Source of the DNA: a virus
Virus record (IMG/VR): IMGVR_UViG_3300027631_000014
Coordinates: 12,809 to 76,808 of that record
Direction: 5' to 3' (one strand)
Length of the DNA: 64,000 bases
Below the pieces are notes generated by a model. That model was given only the letters and a program-made list of their open reading frames with translations, had not been told where the DNA came from and did not search any database. Below, in pieces: positions 30,451 through 39,754 of the stretch. The position numbers were made by a program, and so were the translations under genes. Each line of letters begins with the position of its first letter. Position 1 is the first letter of the stretch.

Positions 30451-30906
30451 ATGATAAAATTAACAAATTTATTAAAGGAAATAATAGATATATATTCTCC
30501 TGAGGAACTAAATTCTAAAGAAATAGAATATGAAATTACTCAAGAGTCTAAAACTCGTTTTTCTGTTAATATAAAATATAAAGATCAATACTATAAGTTA
30601 AAAATACTACCTTTATTTAACCCAAAACGTCCATCTATAAATTTTGGTGATACTGATGAAAATTATGAAAATTTAAATTTAGAACAATTGTTAAATTCTC
30701 CATATTCTTCTAGGATATTAGCAGCTATTTTTGGATTAATTAGATATTGGGTAGATAAATATAATGTTCAAGAATTTGAATATGGTGCTGATGGTAATAC
30801 TCGAACTAAATTATATGATTATTATTTAAAAAAACACTTTCCTGATTTTAAAAACATTCAAGAAAAATATGGTGATACAATTTTACAAACATGGAAGAAA
30901 ATATAA
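30451..30906 (+). CDS. Hypothetical protein with MIKLxxLLKE leader (putative internal head protein)
   Basis: ATG at 30451; similar to 43125..43595 in the leader and the R..LY..(Y/F)..K.FP motif. Confidence 0.55.
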   Translation: MIKLTNLLKEIIDIYSPEELNSKEIEYEITQESKTRFSVNIKYKDQYYKLKILPLFNPKRPSINFGDTDENYENLNLEQLLNSPYSSRILAAIFGLIRYWVDKYNVQEFEYGADGNTRTKLYDYYLKKHFPDFKNIQEKYGDTILQTWKKI

Positions 30907-31028
30907 TATACAAAATTGAAATTCTTCAACTTATTGAATTTAAATACAATATTAAAATAAAAGACGAAGAAGTAGAAAATATAATTACTTTTGAGAACTT
31001 AATTGAATTAATAAAAACAAAAATATGA
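30891..31028 (+). CDS. Truncated acyl-carrier-protein-like ORF (45 aa, not in ORF track)
   Basis: EILQLIEFKYNIKIKDEEVENIITFENLIELI resembles ACP helices II-IV; no DSL serine; ATGA overlap with nrdA. Confidence 0.5.
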   Translation: MEENIIYKIEILQLIEFKYNIKIKDEEVENIITFENLIELIKTKI

Positions 31029-32749
31029 GCATACACGTAGACACAAGTACATGGATTAAAGGAAAAGATTACCCATTATGGTTTGATCAAATTGGAGTAG
31101 ATATGGTATCTAAAGGTTACTTATTACCAGACGAAAATGTATTTGATGCATATAAAAGAATTAGTAAAGCAGCTGCTCGAAGATTAAAACGTAAAGATTT
31201 ACAACCGTTTTTCTATGACGCAATAGTTAAAAATTGGTTATGTCCTGCATCTCCTGTTCTATCAAACATGGGAACAGAAAGAGGAATGCCTATTTCATGT
31301 TTTGGAATTGATGTAGGTGATTCAATTGAAGGAATTGCTGATGCAAACTCTGAATTAATGAGATTATCGTCTCAAGGTGGTGGAGTAGGAATTGGTTTAT
31401 CAAGAATCAGAGGAAGAGGAAAAAACATTAAAGATAATGGCGTATCAGAAGGCGTAGTGCCTTGGGCCAAAATTTATGATTCAACTATCTTAGCTACTAA
31501 TCAAGGTTCAGTACGTAGAGGAGCAGCATCAGTAAATTTAGATATTAATCACCCAGATATTGAAGAATTTTTAATGATTCGTCGTCCTAAAGGAGATGTT
31601 AATCGTCAATGTTTAAATTTAAATCAATGTGTTGTTATTGATGATGAATGGATGAATAAATTAGAGAATAAAGATCCTAAAGCACAAAAGTTATGGGGTG
31701 AAATTCTAAAAACACGTTTAGAAACAGGTCAACCATACATTATGTTTAAAGACAATATTAACAATGCTAACCCTGAAGCGTATAAGAAAAATAATTTGCA
31801 AGTTACAATGACTAACATTTGTACTGAGATTGCTTTATACACAGACGAATTACATTCATTTATTTGTTGTTTATCTTCATTGAATTTAGCTAGATGGGAT
31901 GAATGGAAAGATTACAAATTCGAAAATGGAATGACTTTACCTGAACTATCAACTTGGTTTTTAGAAGGTGTATTACAAGAATTTATTGACAGAGCTAAAA
32001 ATATTAAGTTTTTCGAAAATACAGTTCGTTCAGCTACTAAAGGTAGAGCAATTGGATTAGGTGTTTTAGGATGGCATACGTTTTTACAAGCAAAAGGTAT
32101 TCCATTTGTAGGTATTCAAGCAAATGCTCATACAAGAATGATCTTTGATTTTATGGAACAAGAAACAAAGAAAGCATCTAGAGACCAAGCCGAATTATAT
32201 GGTGAACCAGAATGGTGTAAGGGTACAGGATTAAGACACACACATCATTTAGCACCTGCTCCAACAGTATCAAATGCTCATATTTCAGGAGGTGTTTCTC
32301 CATCAATTGAACCTATTCCAGCTAATGTTTATAACTTAAAAACAGCAAAAGGTGTTTTTATTAAACGAAACAAAATATTAGAAGAATTATTAAAAAGCAA
32401 AGGATACAATATTGATAGTATTTGGGATCAAATTTTAAAAGATCAAGGATCAATTTTAGGTTTACCTGACTATGTTTTAACTGATGAAGAAAAAGAAACA
32501 TTCTTAACATTTAAAGAAATTAATCAATTAGAAATCGTTCGTCAAAATGCTATTCGTCAAAAATATGTTGATCAAGCAATATCATTAAATTTATGTTTCT
32601 CGCCTGATGATTCTCCAAAATGGATATCTCAAGTACATAAAGAAGCTCATAAATTAGGTATTAAAACATTATATTACTTAAGAACAGAAAGTGTATTAAG
32701 AGGAGACAATTTACAAAGATTATCAGAATGTGTTTCATGTGAAGCATAA
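31025..32749 (+). CDS. nrdA: Ribonucleotide reductase class I alpha subunit (compact, no ATP cone)
   Basis: PISCF, GGGVG, TNICTEI, APTVS, KTLYY, C-terminal CVSCEA. Confidence 0.95.
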   Translation: MSIHVDTSTWIKGKDYPLWFDQIGVDMVSKGYLLPDENVFDAYKRISKAAARRLKRKDLQPFFYDAIVKNWLCPASPVLSNMGTERGMPISCFGIDVGDSIEGIADANSELMRLSSQGGGVGIGLSRIRGRGKNIKDNGVSEGVVPWAKIYDSTILATNQGSVRRGAASVNLDINHPDIEEFLMIRRPKGDVNRQCLNLNQCVVIDDEWMNKLENKDPKAQKLWGEILKTRLETGQPYIMFKDNINNANPEAYKKNNLQVTMTNICTEIALYTDELHSFICCLSSLNLARWDEWKDYKFENGMTLPELSTWFLEGVLQEFIDRAKNIKFFENTVRSATKGRAIGLGVLGWHTFLQAKGIPFVGIQANAHTRMIFDFMEQETKKASRDQAELYGEPEWCKGTGLRHTHHLAPAPTVSNAHISGGVSPSIEPIPANVYNLKTAKGVFIKRNKILEELLKSKGYNIDSIWDQILKDQGSILGLPDYVLTDEEKETFLTFKEINQLEIVRQNAIRQKYVDQAISLNLCFSPDDSPKWISQVHKEAHKLGIKTLYYLRTESVLRGDNLQRLSECVSCEA

Positions 32750-32761
32750 TAAAATAAAAAT

Positions 32762-33025
32762 ATGGCATTAAAACCTCAATCGATCAGAAAAGGAACAACT
32801 ATTTCACTAAACGGAAAAGTAGTAGAAAAACCAGAAATTATAGAGTTAAGTACTCAATGGAGTGAAGCTCAAATTAATTTCTTTAAAAAAATGCTCCAAC
32901 AAGGAGGTGAATTAAGGATTAATGGTATGTTTATAAAAATAGTTACACAAGACAAAGTAGTAAATTCAGCAGGAGACAAAGATTCAGGAGTCATAGTAGT
33001 ACCAGGACTAGATCAAAGATTTTAA
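32762..33025 (+). CDS. Hypothetical protein
   Basis: 87-aa ORF in operon. Confidence 0.55.
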   Translation: MALKPQSIRKGTTISLNGKVVEKPEIIELSTQWSEAQINFFKKMLQQGGELRINGMFIKIVTQDKVVNSAGDKDSGVIVVPGLDQRF

Positions 33026-33028
33026 ATT

Positions 33029-33997
33029 ATGAAAAAATATTTTTTACCAATACTAATAGCACTATCTGCACTATCAATTAGTGCAGCAGCTGCTTATTAC
33101 AGCGTTACAGGTTTAGCAAAATTATTTGCTGGAGTAGAAACAGCAGTTATATGGATGGCTTCATCTCTTGAAGTAGCAAAATTAGTAGTAGCATCTTTAC
33201 TTTATCAATATTGGAAAGAACTAAACAAAGCATTAAGAGTATATCTTATAATTGCTTTAATTACATTAATGATTATTACATCAGCAGGTATTTATGGATA
33301 CTTAAGTAGTGGGTATCAAGACACAGCTAATAAAACAGGTGTTGTAGATAAGGAAATTGCTTTAGTTGACAACAGAATTAAAACACAAGAATTAAGTAAA
33401 GAATTTACGTTACAACAACTAAAAAATACTCAACAAAGTATTGCTCAATTAAGAGGAGCATTAGGTAACAACACTCAAACCCATAAAGACAAACAAGGGA
33501 ATATCTTAACTACTTCATCATCAGCAAATAGAAAATCATATGAAAAACAACTTGAATTTGCTTTAGGTGAAGAAAAAACTTTAACTAATAAAGTAAATAT
33601 TTTAGATTCTACATTACTAGTACTTTCAGAAGAAAAATTGGCTAAAGAATCAAATGCTGAGTTAGCAGGTGAGTTAGGTCCATTAAAGTATATAGCTAAA
33701 TTAACTGGAACAGCGATGGATAAAATTATCAATTGGTTTTTAATGATCATTATATTTGTATTTGATCCGTTGGCTATAAGTTTAGTAATCGCTGCTAACT
33801 TTGCTTTTAATCAAATAAAAAATCCTAATAAATTAGCTATATATAATGAGAAACCAGTTGAAGTAAAACCAATTGTAACACAACATAAAGTTGACGATAC
33901 AATTGTTCCAACACCTCCTATCGAATCGTGGTATAGGTATATTCCTCCTGTTTTTAGAAAAAAGAAAAAAGATGACGATGAAATAATCACTTACTAG
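33029..33997 (+). CDS. Membrane protein with central coiled coil
   Basis: Three N-terminal TM helices (SAGIYGYLS), coiled coil, C-terminal TM (IIFVFDPLAI). Confidence 0.7.
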   Translation: MKKYFLPILIALSALSISAAAAYYSVTGLAKLFAGVETAVIWMASSLEVAKLVVASLLYQYWKELNKALRVYLIIALITLMIITSAGIYGYLSSGYQDTANKTGVVDKEIALVDNRIKTQELSKEFTLQQLKNTQQSIAQLRGALGNNTQTHKDKQGNILTTSSSANRKSYEKQLEFALGEEKTLTNKVNILDSTLLVLSEEKLAKESNAELAGELGPLKYIAKLTGTAMDKIINWFLMIIIFVFDPLAISLVIAANFAFNQIKNPNKLAIYNEKPVEVKPIVTQHKVDDTIVPTPPIESWYRYIPPVFRKKKKDDDEIITY

Positions 33998-34025
33998 GAT
34001 TACTAAGTCTTAAAACGTATATTTA
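33994..34025 (+). promoter_or_regulatory. Promoter CTAGG-N19-TATATTTA
   Basis: Exact motif upstream of the DpdA-like gene. Confidence 0.7.
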
Positions 34026-34037
34026 AATAAAAAAGTT

Positions 34038-34829
34038 ATGATTAAAGTATCACATGAAGTACCTCTATGTTTGTTAGAGGAAAGTTTAAAATTTAACAAT
34101 TACGATTATTGCTTACCCCATTTAATGGACGAAAATGAAGAATATAAACAATTCTTTATTAGATCAAAAGCAAAAGGCCGTCATATAATGATGGACAACA
34201 GTTTACATGAATTAGGAGTTCCATACTCTGAAGATAGATTGTTTTACTGGTTAGATTGGTTAAAACCACAAGAATTCTTTGTAGCAGATTATTGGGAAGA
34301 CAAAACTCAATCAATTGTATCAGCTAAAAAATGGATTAATTGGCAGAAAAACTATCCTAAAGTAACATTTATAGCAGTAGTACAAGGAAAATCGTATGCT
34401 GAAGTATTGGAATGTTATCAAACATATAAAGATTTAGGATATAAGAAAATAGCATTTAGTTATGGGGCGTCTTACTATAACGATATTTGTCCTCACCCAA
34501 ACAAAAATCTAGGAAAAGCATTAGGACGAATTCAAGTAATATCTCAATTATTTAAAGATAAAATAATAAGTAAATCAGATTCAATTCATTTATTAGGATG
34601 CTCAGTACCTCAAGAATTTGGGTGGTATAATGATATGCCTTTTATCAAATCAATAGATACATCAAATCCAGTTATGGCTGCTTTAGATTATGCATGCTAC
34701 TCAGCTCATGGTTTGTATTTTAAACCTAAAGCAAATATGAATGATTTCTTCAATATTGATAAAAGTAAAATAAATGAAGGATATCTAATGAACAACATTT
34801 CTGATTTTAGAAAAATAAACAATTTATAA
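34038..34829 (+). CDS. dpdA: tRNA-guanine-transglycosylase-fold protein (DpdA-like, 7-deazaguanine insertion)
   Basis: TGT-barrel motifs MMDNS, AVVQG, IHLLG, SIDTSNP; adjacent to queC/D/E and folE. Confidence 0.7.
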   Translation: MIKVSHEVPLCLLEESLKFNNYDYCLPHLMDENEEYKQFFIRSKAKGRHIMMDNSLHELGVPYSEDRLFYWLDWLKPQEFFVADYWEDKTQSIVSAKKWINWQKNYPKVTFIAVVQGKSYAEVLECYQTYKDLGYKKIAFSYGASYYNDICPHPNKNLGKALGRIQVISQLFKDKIISKSDSIHLLGCSVPQEFGWYNDMPFIKSIDTSNPVMAALDYACYSAHGLYFKPKANMNDFFNIDKSKINEGYLMNNISDFRKINNL

Positions 34830-34861
34830 TTTGGAATACATAAAAACAATTAATATATTTA
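34830..34861 (+). promoter_or_regulatory. Promoter TTTGG-N19-TATATTTA
   Basis: Exact motif. Confidence 0.75.
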
Positions 34862-34882
34862 ATAAAAACAAAAAACAAAGTT

Positions 34883-35125
34883 ATGAAAAAAGAAACAAAA
34901 TTTTTATCATTGTATGACTATTTAGGTCATGCCGCTGGAAGTAAACTAGGAGCTGAAGTAGCAACAGCCGCCAAAACAACACTTCAACCGATTCAAACAA
35001 GAGATGTAGAGAATCCCAAATTCAAAGGAAAAGTATTACTTTATACTCTTGAATTTTTAGATGGATATTTTAACAAATCTGCAACTTATAGTAGTACTTC
35101 ACAAGACGACGAATTACCATTTTAA
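34883..35125 (+). CDS. Hypothetical protein
   Basis: 80 aa, SLYDYLGHAAG, ends DDELPF; own promoter. Confidence 0.6.
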   Translation: MKKETKFLSLYDYLGHAAGSKLGAEVATAAKTTLQPIQTRDVENPKFKGKVLLYTLEFLDGYFNKSATYSSTSQDDELPF

Positions 35126-35135
35126 TAAATAAAAT

Positions 35136-36002
35136 ATGAAAAAATACGCAGTATTAAGCCTCTCAGGAGGAATGGATAGCAGCACTTTACTACTCCATTT
35201 ACTATCAAATGGTTATGAAGTAACAGCTTTATCATTTGATTATGGACAAAAACATAAAGTAGAGCTTGAATGTGCTTCTGATTTAGTAGATTATGTAAAT
35301 GGAGCCTCACAAAAATATATTGATGGAGATAATGGAGAAGGAGTATATCATAACTTCTTCCCAGTTACCCATCAAATTATTAAATTAGATGGTTTAGCTC
35401 AATTACTAAATTCTACATTAGTAGAAGGAGGAGCAGAAGTACCTGAAGGGCATTACGCTCAAGAGAATATGAAGGATACAGTAGTACCTAATCGTAATAA
35501 AATATTTAGTTCTATTATTCAAGCAGTTGCTTTATCAATTGCTGATAAAAATGAAGCTAATTGTGTTATGGCTTTAGGAATCCACTCAGGTGATCACTCA
35601 ATCTATCCTGACTGTACAGAAAACTTTAGACAAGCAGATTTAAATGCTTTTAAAGTAGGAAATTGGAACTCAGAAAGAGTAGATTTCTATGCTCCGTATA
35701 TGGAAACAGATAAAGCAGGTATTTTGAAAGATGGAGAAACATGTTGTGAAACATTAGGACTAGATTTTAATGAAGTATATAAACGTACTAATACATCTTA
35801 CAAACCACTTACAATTAAAGATAAATGGTATAGTGACTACAAATCAGCAAGTTCAGTAGAACGTATAGAAGCATTTTTAAATGTAGGTCGTAAAGATCCT
35901 GTTGACTATGCTGAAGTGATTCCAAACGGAGAAATTATCCCACGCACTTGGGAGGAAGTATTAGTGCATGTAAAACCAATATTAACAAACCATAAAAAAT
36001 AA
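35136..36002 (+). CDS. queC: 7-cyano-7-deazaguanine synthase
   Basis: SGGMDS PP-loop, FDYGQKH, TVVPNRN, YPDC. Confidence 0.92.
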   Translation: MKKYAVLSLSGGMDSSTLLLHLLSNGYEVTALSFDYGQKHKVELECASDLVDYVNGASQKYIDGDNGEGVYHNFFPVTHQIIKLDGLAQLLNSTLVEGGAEVPEGHYAQENMKDTVVPNRNKIFSSIIQAVALSIADKNEANCVMALGIHSGDHSIYPDCTENFRQADLNAFKVGNWNSERVDFYAPYMETDKAGILKDGETCCETLGLDFNEVYKRTNTSYKPLTIKDKWYSDYKSASSVERIEAFLNVGRKDPVDYAEVIPNGEIIPRTWEEVLVHVKPILTNHKK

Positions 36003-36003
36003 A

Positions 36004-36255
36004 ATGAAACAATTAATTTTTTTCTCGGCTCAATGGTGTGCAGCTTGCCAAACAATGAAGCCAACAGTAGAACAAGTAAGTAAACAAACCGGAGTATCAG
36101 TTAATAAAATAGATACTGACTATGATGTATCCTATACTTCTGAATATAATGTAAAAAGTGTTCCTACTTTAATATTATTAGAAAATGGAAAAGAAACAAA
36201 GCGCATTGTAGGTACCCAATCAGAAAGCAAAATTAGAGAACTTATAAACGGATAA
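36004..36255 (+). CDS. trxA: Thioredoxin
   Basis: WCAAC active site and cis-Pro SVPT. Confidence 0.88.
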   Translation: MKQLIFFSAQWCAACQTMKPTVEQVSKQTGVSVNKIDTDYDVSYTSEYNVKSVPTLILLENGKETKRIVGTQSESKIRELING

Positions 36256-36258
36256 AAC

Positions 36259-36741
36259 ATGAGATATATTTCAACTAAATTATTTGACAATTACTCAGTA
36301 GCAATTAGACAGTGGAAAGCTCAACACTCCCACTGTCAATTGTTACATGGATATGCTTTAAAATTTAAAGTATGGTTTGCATCTAACGAACCAGATGTAG
36401 ATAAACAACTTGATGATATGAATTGGATTGTTGATTACGGTGGATTTAAAGATGCTCCTAAAGGTAATGGTTTAAAATCATGGATGGACCATATGTGGGA
36501 CCACACATTACTAATTCAAAAAGACGATCCGTTTGTAGATGTTTTTGAACAAATGGGACAAATGGGCTTAGCTAAAGTACATTTACTAGATAAAATGGGA
36601 GCCGAAAGTAATGCTAAATTAGTTTACGACCATTTTAATTCAGTATTAGCAAAAACAGATGCTGGTAGATGTAAAGTGATTAAAGTAGAGTGTTTTGAAA
36701 ACGATAAAAATTCATCAATTTATGAAGAACATGGACTATAA
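36259..36741 (+). CDS. queD: 6-carboxy-5,6,7,8-tetrahydropterin synthase
   Basis: HCQLLHGY, DYG, WDH, GAE, E..KN motifs. Confidence 0.9.
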   Translation: MRYISTKLFDNYSVAIRQWKAQHSHCQLLHGYALKFKVWFASNEPDVDKQLDDMNWIVDYGGFKDAPKGNGLKSWMDHMWDHTLLIQKDDPFVDVFEQMGQMGLAKVHLLDKMGAESNAKLVYDHFNSVLAKTDAGRCKVIKVECFENDKNSSIYEEHGL

Positions 36742-37495
36742 TAAAGTACAACCAATAATTGAAGCATATGTTTGCGTTCAAACAGAAGGATCAAGAGCAG
36801 GACGTCCTCATTTCTTAGTAAGAACAACAGGATGTACTCATAGATGTTATTTTGGTGAAGGCGGTTGGTGCGACAGCTGGTATACTTCAATTCACCCTGA
36901 AAAAGGTACTTGGACATTAAATGCTATTAAAGAACTATTTGAAGCCAATCCTCAAATTAATCATTTAATGATATCAGGTGGTTCTCCTACAATGCATCCT
37001 GAGTTAGTTGATGAATTAATCAATATAGCTAAGAATATGAGAGGAATGTATGTTACAATAGAGACTGAAGGTTCTCATTTTATTGAAACTAACTACAAAA
37101 TAGATTTAGTATCTTTATCTCCTAAATTTTTAAATTCACAACCTAAACTAGGAACTAAAACACCAGCAGGTAAAGATGTAGATCAGAAAATGATTGATCA
37201 ACATGAAAAATTTAGAAATAAATATGATGTTATTAAGAAAATGCTTGACTATCATTTAGACTATCACTTTAAACCAGTTGTAGACAGAAACGAACCATTT
37301 ATTTGGGAACAAATAGAAGCATTTATTAATTTACATAACATTCCAAATGACAAAGTTTGGGTTATGCCAGCAGGAGATACGTTTAATAAGTTACAACCAA
37401 ATTATGCTTATGTAATGGAGGAATGTATTAAACGAGGATATAATTTTACAGGTAGAGCTCATATTGTAGCTTATAACGATTTAAGAGGAGTATAA
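36731..37495 (+). CDS. queE: 7-carboxy-7-deazaguanine synthase (radical SAM)
   Basis: VQTEG, RTTGC, CX3CX7C, SGGSP, IETEG, LSPK; ATG at 36731 overlaps the queD end. Confidence 0.9.
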   Translation: MDYNKVQPIIEAYVCVQTEGSRAGRPHFLVRTTGCTHRCYFGEGGWCDSWYTSIHPEKGTWTLNAIKELFEANPQINHLMISGGSPTMHPELVDELINIAKNMRGMYVTIETEGSHFIETNYKIDLVSLSPKFLNSQPKLGTKTPAGKDVDQKMIDQHEKFRNKYDVIKKMLDYHLDYHFKPVVDRNEPFIWEQIEAFINLHNIPNDKVWVMPAGDTFNKLQPNYAYVMEECIKRGYNFTGRAHIVAYNDLRGV

Positions 37496-37496
37496 T

Positions 37497-37637
37497 ATGC
37501 ATGAACTATTACACATAATAGGACTTTGCCCAGATAGTTGGGCTTCCCCAAATCTTATTAATATATTTATCTCAAATTATCAAAGTATAATAAATTTAAT
37601 AAATAAAGGTTATGAAACAATTAAAAACATTCTTTAA
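37497..37637 (+). CDS. Small hypothetical protein (46 aa)
   Basis: MHELLHIIGLCPDS...; contains an internal promoter motif at 37538-37569. Confidence 0.35.
   Translation: MHELLHIIGLCPDSWASPNLINIFISNYQSIINLINKGYETIKNIL
37538..37569 (+). promoter_or_regulatory. Promoter TTGGG-N19-TATATTTA
   Basis: Exact spacing. Confidence 0.65.
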
Positions 37638-38016
37638 GTACAAATACTTAAGACGCAAAATACGTTTAAAAAAGTATCTTGATCCACGTGGTTTAGATGC
37701 CAATGAAAAATTAATTAAAAGCGTACTAATAAAAGTAGTATCTAATCAAGAAAACAATGTACTAAATAATTTAGATGCAGTTTATATTCAAACTAAAAAC
37801 AAAGAATATACTATTGTATTATCCAAAAATAGTATTAAAATATCTAACCATCAACTATTTATTGAATCTAAAATTGATGAATATTTTAGAATGGAATTAA
37901 TGGATGTAGTATATTACTACTTAGATAAATTTAAAACAAAAATGGATAGAGAAATATTTCATAACGAAGCAGAAGGACTAAATTTTATGTTAAATCAATT
38001 AAATCAAATAAATTAA
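37612..38016 (+). CDS. Hypothetical protein
   Basis: 134 aa, AGGTTATG start. Confidence 0.55.
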   Translation: MKQLKTFFKYKYLRRKIRLKKYLDPRGLDANEKLIKSVLIKVVSNQENNVLNNLDAVYIQTKNKEYTIVLSKNSIKISNHQLFIESKIDEYFRMELMDVVYYYLDKFKTKMDREIFHNEAEGLNFMLNQLNQIN

Positions 38017-38018
38017 AA

Positions 38019-38651
38019 ATGGAATTACTAAAAAAATCAAATGGGAACATTTCCCGCACCCCAGAACAAATAGAACAAATGATTGATGAAGCATCTATTC
38101 ATTATGGTAATTTTTTAAAAGCAGTAGGTTTTGACTTCACAGCAGATAAACAAACAGAAAACACACCTCGTCGAGTAGCTAAAGCATGGTTAAAAGATTT
38201 AATCATAGGATCAGTATCAAATGAACCAAATATTACTACATTTCCTAACGACGAAAATTATACAGGTTTAGTAATTCAAAGTGGTATTCCTATCACTAGT
38301 ATGTGTGCCCACCACAATTTAGCATTTACAGGATTTGCTACAGTAGCTTATATACCTGGAGAAAAAGTAATAGGATTAAGTAAATTAAATCGTATTGTAG
38401 AATGGTTCTCAAGACGTCCTCAAATGCAAGAATCACTTACTCAACAAGTACATGACTATATTTCAGACAAAATGGAATGTGAATCAGTAGCTGTAAGTGT
38501 AGCTTGTAAACATACATGTTGTTCACATAGAGGTATTAAACATCCATCTACAATGACTACAAATAAATTTAGTGGTGTATTTATGGAACCAAGTAATATG
38601 ATTAGAGATGAATTTTTACATGCAATATCTACCAATGGAGCAAAATTCTAA
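38019..38651 (+). CDS. folE: GTP cyclohydrolase I
   Basis: TPRRVAK, SMCAHH, GLSKLNR, RRPQMQE, HTC...RG. Confidence 0.95.
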   Translation: MELLKKSNGNISRTPEQIEQMIDEASIHYGNFLKAVGFDFTADKQTENTPRRVAKAWLKDLIIGSVSNEPNITTFPNDENYTGLVIQSGIPITSMCAHHNLAFTGFATVAYIPGEKVIGLSKLNRIVEWFSRRPQMQESLTQQVHDYISDKMECESVAVSVACKHTCCSHRGIKHPSTMTTNKFSGVFMEPSNMIRDEFLHAISTNGAKF

Positions 38652-38802
38652 ACACCCCGACCCTAAACTACATAAACAAATTAGTTTTCTTAAATCCGGA
38701 ATTCGAATAGCAGGATATTTTATCTTGCCGTTCAATTTAGGAATAGGAGCAGCAGTATTAGTACTATCAGAAGTAATAGGAATAATTGAAGAAATGGTAT
38801 AA
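38635..38802 (+). CDS. Small membrane protein
   Basis: HKQISFLKSGIRIAG...EVIGIIEEMV, hydrophobic. Confidence 0.55.
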   Translation: MEQNSKHPDPKLHKQISFLKSGIRIAGYFILPFNLGIGAAVLVLSEVIGIIEEMV

Positions 38803-39068
38803 TGAAAGAAAAAATAAAAGAAGCATTAACACTAGGCGTAATACAAATTATTTTATATTCAATTTTATGTATAAATTTTAGAGCAGTAGCTCAAGCACAT
38901 TATCATGAAGCTGCATTAACTGATTTTTTAGTTGCCTCAATGAATTTTTTTGTAATTAGAAAAATAGCTCAATCTACAGATACTTTACATCAGTGGATTG
39001 GTTATGTAACTGGATCAGTGATAGGATCATATGTAGGAATTTTTTTGTCAGTATTATTAAATAGTTAG
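38802..39068 (+). CDS. Small membrane protein
   Basis: Three hydrophobic segments, GSVIGSYVG. Confidence 0.6.
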   Translation: MKEKIKEALTLGVIQIILYSILCINFRAVAQAHYHEAALTDFLVASMNFFVIRKIAQSTDTLHQWIGYVTGSVIGSYVGIFLSVLLNS

Positions 39069-39096
39069 GATTACAAGATTTTTAAACGTATATTTA
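39065..39096 (+). promoter_or_regulatory. Promoter TTAGG-N19-TATATTTA
   Basis: Exact motif. Confidence 0.75.
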
Positions 39097-39108
39097 ATTA
39101 AAAGAAAA

Positions 39109-39420
39109 ATGAAAAAACTACTAATACTTAGTTCAGCACTACTAATAGGTTGTGCGACTATTAAGAAAATAGACACTACAGGATTTCGTTCTGAACAAAA
39201 TACTATTTTTTATGAACAAGATACAGTTGCAACTTTAAGTGCAATTGAATATTCCATAGACAATGGTAAGTACGTCAAAGAAATGACTTTTAAATTGTTG
39301 AATATGAAACATGCAGATAAAGTTCAAAATCTACTTTATTTTATTCACAAAAGACATAAAGACTGGGAAATTGAACTTGACTATCCTATCACTAACTTTA
39401 AAATAAACAAAGGTGAATAA
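39109..39420 (+). CDS. Putative lipoprotein
   Basis: MKKLLILSSALLIG-C signal peptide with lipobox. Confidence 0.65.
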   Translation: MKKLLILSSALLIGCATIKKIDTTGFRSEQNTIFYEQDTVATLSAIEYSIDNGKYVKEMTFKLLNMKHADKVQNLLYFIHKRHKDWEIELDYPITNFKINKGE

Positions 39421-39754
39421 ATTATTTGCTGGTATTGTGTTTGGAATTATAGCACAAATTATAGTTTTCTTTCAACTACAAGGTCAATTAAAATATGATT
39501 GGTTTAAGAATAACTATTGGTTAGTTGTCTTAATGGGTATACCCTCTTCTATGTTTTTTATGTATTCTGTGAAGAATTTAGTATTGGCATACAACGGAGA
39601 AATGTGGCCTTCAAGACTAATTGGATTTTCATTAGGTGCGATTGTGTTTACTTATTTTAGTTGGTCTTTATTTGGAGAGCCATTTACCACTAAAACTATC
39701 ATATGTTTAGTATTAGCTCTCTCTATATTAATGGTTCAATTGTTTATGAAATGA
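39413..39754 (+). CDS. Small 4-TM membrane protein (DMT/SMR-like)
   Basis: Four hydrophobic helices, LFGEP..KT..C..L. Confidence 0.6.
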   Translation: MNKLFAGIVFGIIAQIIVFFQLQGQLKYDWFKNNYWLVVLMGIPSSMFFMYSVKNLVLAYNGEMWPSRLIGFSLGAIVFTYFSWSLFGEPFTTKTIICLVLALSILMVQLFMK

